Source: Mustelus asterias (Eukaryota). From it: DNA of 64,000 bases. Shown here piece by piece: positions 61,394-64,000 of the stretch (position 1 is its first letter; every line of letters begins with the position of its first letter). The position numbers were made by a program, and so were the translations under genes. The DNA lies in contig NC_135808.1 of NCBI RefSeq assembly GCF_964213995.1, forward strand, positions 67,270,001-67,334,000. The letters run 5' to 3'. Below the pieces are notes generated by a model that did not search any database, was not told the DNA's origin, and was given only the letters and a program-made list of their open reading frames with translations.

Positions 61394-61948
61394 AGTAAGA
61401 AGTCTCACAACACCAGGTTAAAGTCCAACAGGTTTATTTGGTAGCAAATACCATAAGCTTTCGGAGCACTGCTCCTTCGTCAGATGGAGTGGATATCTGC
61501 TCTCAAACAGTGCACAGACACAGAAATCAAGTTACAGAATACTAATTAGAATGCGAAACTCTCCAGCCAGCCAGGTCTTAAAGGTACAGACAATGTGGGT
61601 GGAGGGAGCATTCAACACAGGTTAAAAGAGATGTGTATTGTCTCCAGACAGAACAGCTAGTGAGATTCTGCAAGATCAGGGGGAAAGCTGTGGGGGTTAC
61701 TGATAATGTGACATAAATCCAACATCCCGGTTTAGGCCGTCCTCATGTGTGCGGAACTTGGCTATCAGTTTCTGCTCAGCGACTCTGCGCTGTCGTGTGT
61801 CGTGAAGGCCGCCTTGGAGAACGGAGAAGGAGCAGCGCTCCGAAAGCTTATGGTATTTGTTACCAAATAAACCTGTTGGACTTTAACCTGGTGTTGTGAG
61901 ACTTCTTACTGTGCTTACCCCAGTCCAACGCCGGCATCTCCACATCAT
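61394..61948 (-). mobile_element. Penelope-like family A insertion 6 (long arm 61394-61822, short arm plus 37-nt tail ~61825-61947)
   Basis: TSD GACAGAGAATAA at 61382-61393 and 61949-61960. The long arm includes the ORF end (..RRVAEQKLIAKFRTHEDGLNRDVGFMSHYQ*). Confidence 0.95.
61451..61487 (-). ncRNA. Minimal type-I hammerhead ribozyme motif
   Basis: Reverse complement reads CCAT-CTGACGA-A-GGAGC-AGT-GCTCC-GAAA-GC-TT-ATGG. Confidence 0.78.
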
Positions 61949-62015
61949 GACAGAGAATAAAGCCAGCGTTTCGAGTCAGGATGATCCTTTGTCAGAGCCG
62001 ACACAGCAGTAGCAT

Positions 62016-62046
62016 TGTGCGTGTGTGTGCGTGCGCGCGCACGTGC
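62016..62046. repeat. Alternating purine/pyrimidine (TG/CG) tract
   Basis: TGTGCGTGTGTGTGCGTGCGCGCGCACGTG. Confidence 0.85.
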
Positions 62047-63289
62047 TGATACTGTAGTTGAGACTATTATCACCCCCAGTGACCCTGCTGTGTGGCTCCT
62101 GCACATTGAATGTAATTAGCAGTGCTCATGACTGCACCATCAAAAGTTCAAATTGATCTGCTACCCGAGTTGGAAGAGAAGTCAGATGTAAATGGGAATG
62201 ATTACCCTATAAAGGTAGAACCTTGCAGATTTAAGATTTGTAATGGCTGCTGCTAACATAGGGACGATTTGCCTGAGGCATTGAAAAGAAAGTTAATGGC
62301 GTGTCCTGCCTGATGATCACCATTTTAAACTTTACAGAATGAAGCTCTTGAGGGAATAGTGATGCCACAGAGAATTTTATTGAAAAATAGCAAATTAGGC
62401 GGCCACTGGTGATAAATGGAAACCTTTCAGGTGATGCTGTTAGCAAGATTTCACTATTTTGAACTGGTATGATATGCTCAGCCTTACATGCATTCATTCT
62501 TTTTGAAGCTACTTAGTTTGCATCTGCCAAGCTCGAGGGAACTGGAGTAAATTAAAGCCAGTATAAGTAAGACTGCAGTCTGGCAAAGGCCTGTGCCACT
62601 GAAAGCAAATTGTATGGTGATGAGAAATAGTAGCTGTCAAAAAATTCCCAAAGCAGCTCACGGGAATAGGACGCTCTCCCATTCCTGCAGCCGTGCTCTG
62701 GAATTTTTCAGGAAGCTTCCAGTGAGTTTGTATGTCCTTTGTTGGTGCATGCTATGTAACGATTAGCTAACTGTAATAAATGAGATAAATGCCCTTTCTG
62801 AAAAGTATTAGTGACACTCCAGCAAGTTTCGTTCTTAACTTCGACTCACCCGAATGAGCAACATGTTTTCTGAGTGTTTTTATCCTCCCTGTACCAGTCA
62901 AACCTTACTTGTTGTTCCAGATTTTTTGAACTGTTTACAGTCCAAGTTTGGAACAATCATTTTATCTCTCTCCTCTGATGGAAATCACAGATAGAGCTAT
63001 GATCTTATTCCAGGCAGCAGAGGGATTTACAGCAGTGCCATTTCATGACCTGGCACTAAATAGTAATAATAATCAGGCTTTAAAACATTTCAAGTCGTGA
63101 TTGTTACGATGGGAAACAGAATCCAGATTAAAGTCTTTCTGGTGTAAAGTGAGGCAAGGATTTAAAACAATTGCATCTGTACCCCTGGGCTTCCTTAATA
63201 TGTATCAGGCCTATCGAATTTATTCAGTGCTTAATATTACGTGTTTGTAATGGCTTTATAAGATGGAGAAAGAAGGACTTTGCAGCCAG

Positions 63290-63492
63290 TGGAGTCACTG
63301 TGGCAGGCAATTTACATACAGTCAGCTCCACAAACTGCAATGTGATCATGACCAGATAATGTGTTTTTTTAGTGCTGTTGATGGAGAGATAAAAATTGGC
63401 CGGGACTCTGGGAGTATCACCCTGCTCTTTGAAAACTGCTAGTGAACCTTTTCCGCCTAAGAGAGGAGTAAGCGGTGCCCCAGTTTAACATC
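63290..63492 (-). mobile_element. DeuSINE fragment
   Basis: CAAACTGCAATGTGATCATGACCAGATAAT...AAATTGGCCGGGACTCTGGGAGTATCACCCTGCTCTT...CAGTTTAACATC. Confidence 0.7.
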
Positions 63493-63493
63493 A

Positions 63494-64000
63494 TGGGTGG
63501 AATTTTCTCAGAAAAATTCCTAGTGTCGAATGAATGAGAGAACCTCTTGTTTTCTCGCCCATTTTTCCAGTGAGGTAAGTAGGGATAATTTTATGACACT
63601 CTGTGCAATATAGAGGCTGTAATGTGATTCCCGCCAGGAGGGGGAGAGGGAGGAGCCTATTCATGCTGGGAAGCCGGCTGCAGACTGCGTGGTGCACCAT
63701 TGCACAGGCACCCTGATCTCCCAGTATAGCGTGTTCACAGTGTACGCAGTATAGTGGAAGATCTGTCAAATCCTCCCACTAATTGCCAGCCTCAACCCCC
63801 AATTGCTGATCTGCTGAATGCTGCCCAAGCAGTCTGCACCTGGCTTCCTGGCATGAATAGGCTCCTGGCGGGAATCACGTTATGGCTTCTGTATTGCACA
63901 GAGTGCCGTAAAATTACTGCTATTTACCTTGCTGAAAAGACCAGCTCCCCCCCCCCCCCCCCGGAGCAGAGTTCCTCCCTTCCCTCGCCTCTCAGCTCAC
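63494..64000. mobile_element. Non-autonomous DNA transposon (Harbinger-like left end) with an internal inverted duplication; runs off the window
   Basis: Starts TGGGTGGAATTTTC; 63562-63677 is inverted at 63839-63938. Confidence 0.55.

Larger units (their letters stand above)
61333..61997 (-). mobile_element. Penelope-like family B pLTR end, split by family A insertion 6
   Basis: Rejoined minus strand reads CTCTGACAAAGGATCATCCTGACTCGAAACGCTGGCTTTATTCTCTGTCCACAGATGCTGTCAGG, matching 46914-47012. Confidence 0.8.

Noticed and set aside
240-63769. Most short ORFs in the supplied track as host genes
   Set aside because: No recognisable domains. The recurrent peptides (LGHCLCGVCTFS, MVSTAASQ, EETGAPGG) are translations of V-SINEs.

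Overview
Eukaryotic, repeat-dense non-coding DNA, most likely intronic or intergenic sequence from a shark. The HE1-type V-SINEs, SacSINE1-like DeuSINEs and CR1/HER1-like LINEs point to an elasmobranch; this rests on recall of consensus sequences, not a database search. I recognise no host protein-coding exon. The ORFs with recognisable content are decayed transposon fragments: Rex1/Babar RT, CR1-group APE/RT, Penelope RT + GIY-YIG, and Harbinger-type Myb/SANT. There is one 388-N gap (25687-26074). The most interesting signal is six insertions of one Penelope-like (PLE) family. Five are tail-out fold-backs with a fixed 37-nt extension on one arm only, and the sixth keeps just 11 nt of that extension. 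All have 8-13 bp target-site duplications, and the longer arms carry a minimal type-I hammerhead ribozyme with compensatory stem-I changes between subfamilies. One copy (55559-55715) is a loop-less palindrome that turns around within 1 nt of the predicted ribozyme cleavage site, while others read through it. Also notable: a composite templated insertion (60803-61152), SINE heads paired with different LINE-type tails, an intron-containing Myb/SANT relic with many candidate MITEs, and a DINE-1/Helentron-like relic. Boundaries of old repeats are approximate.
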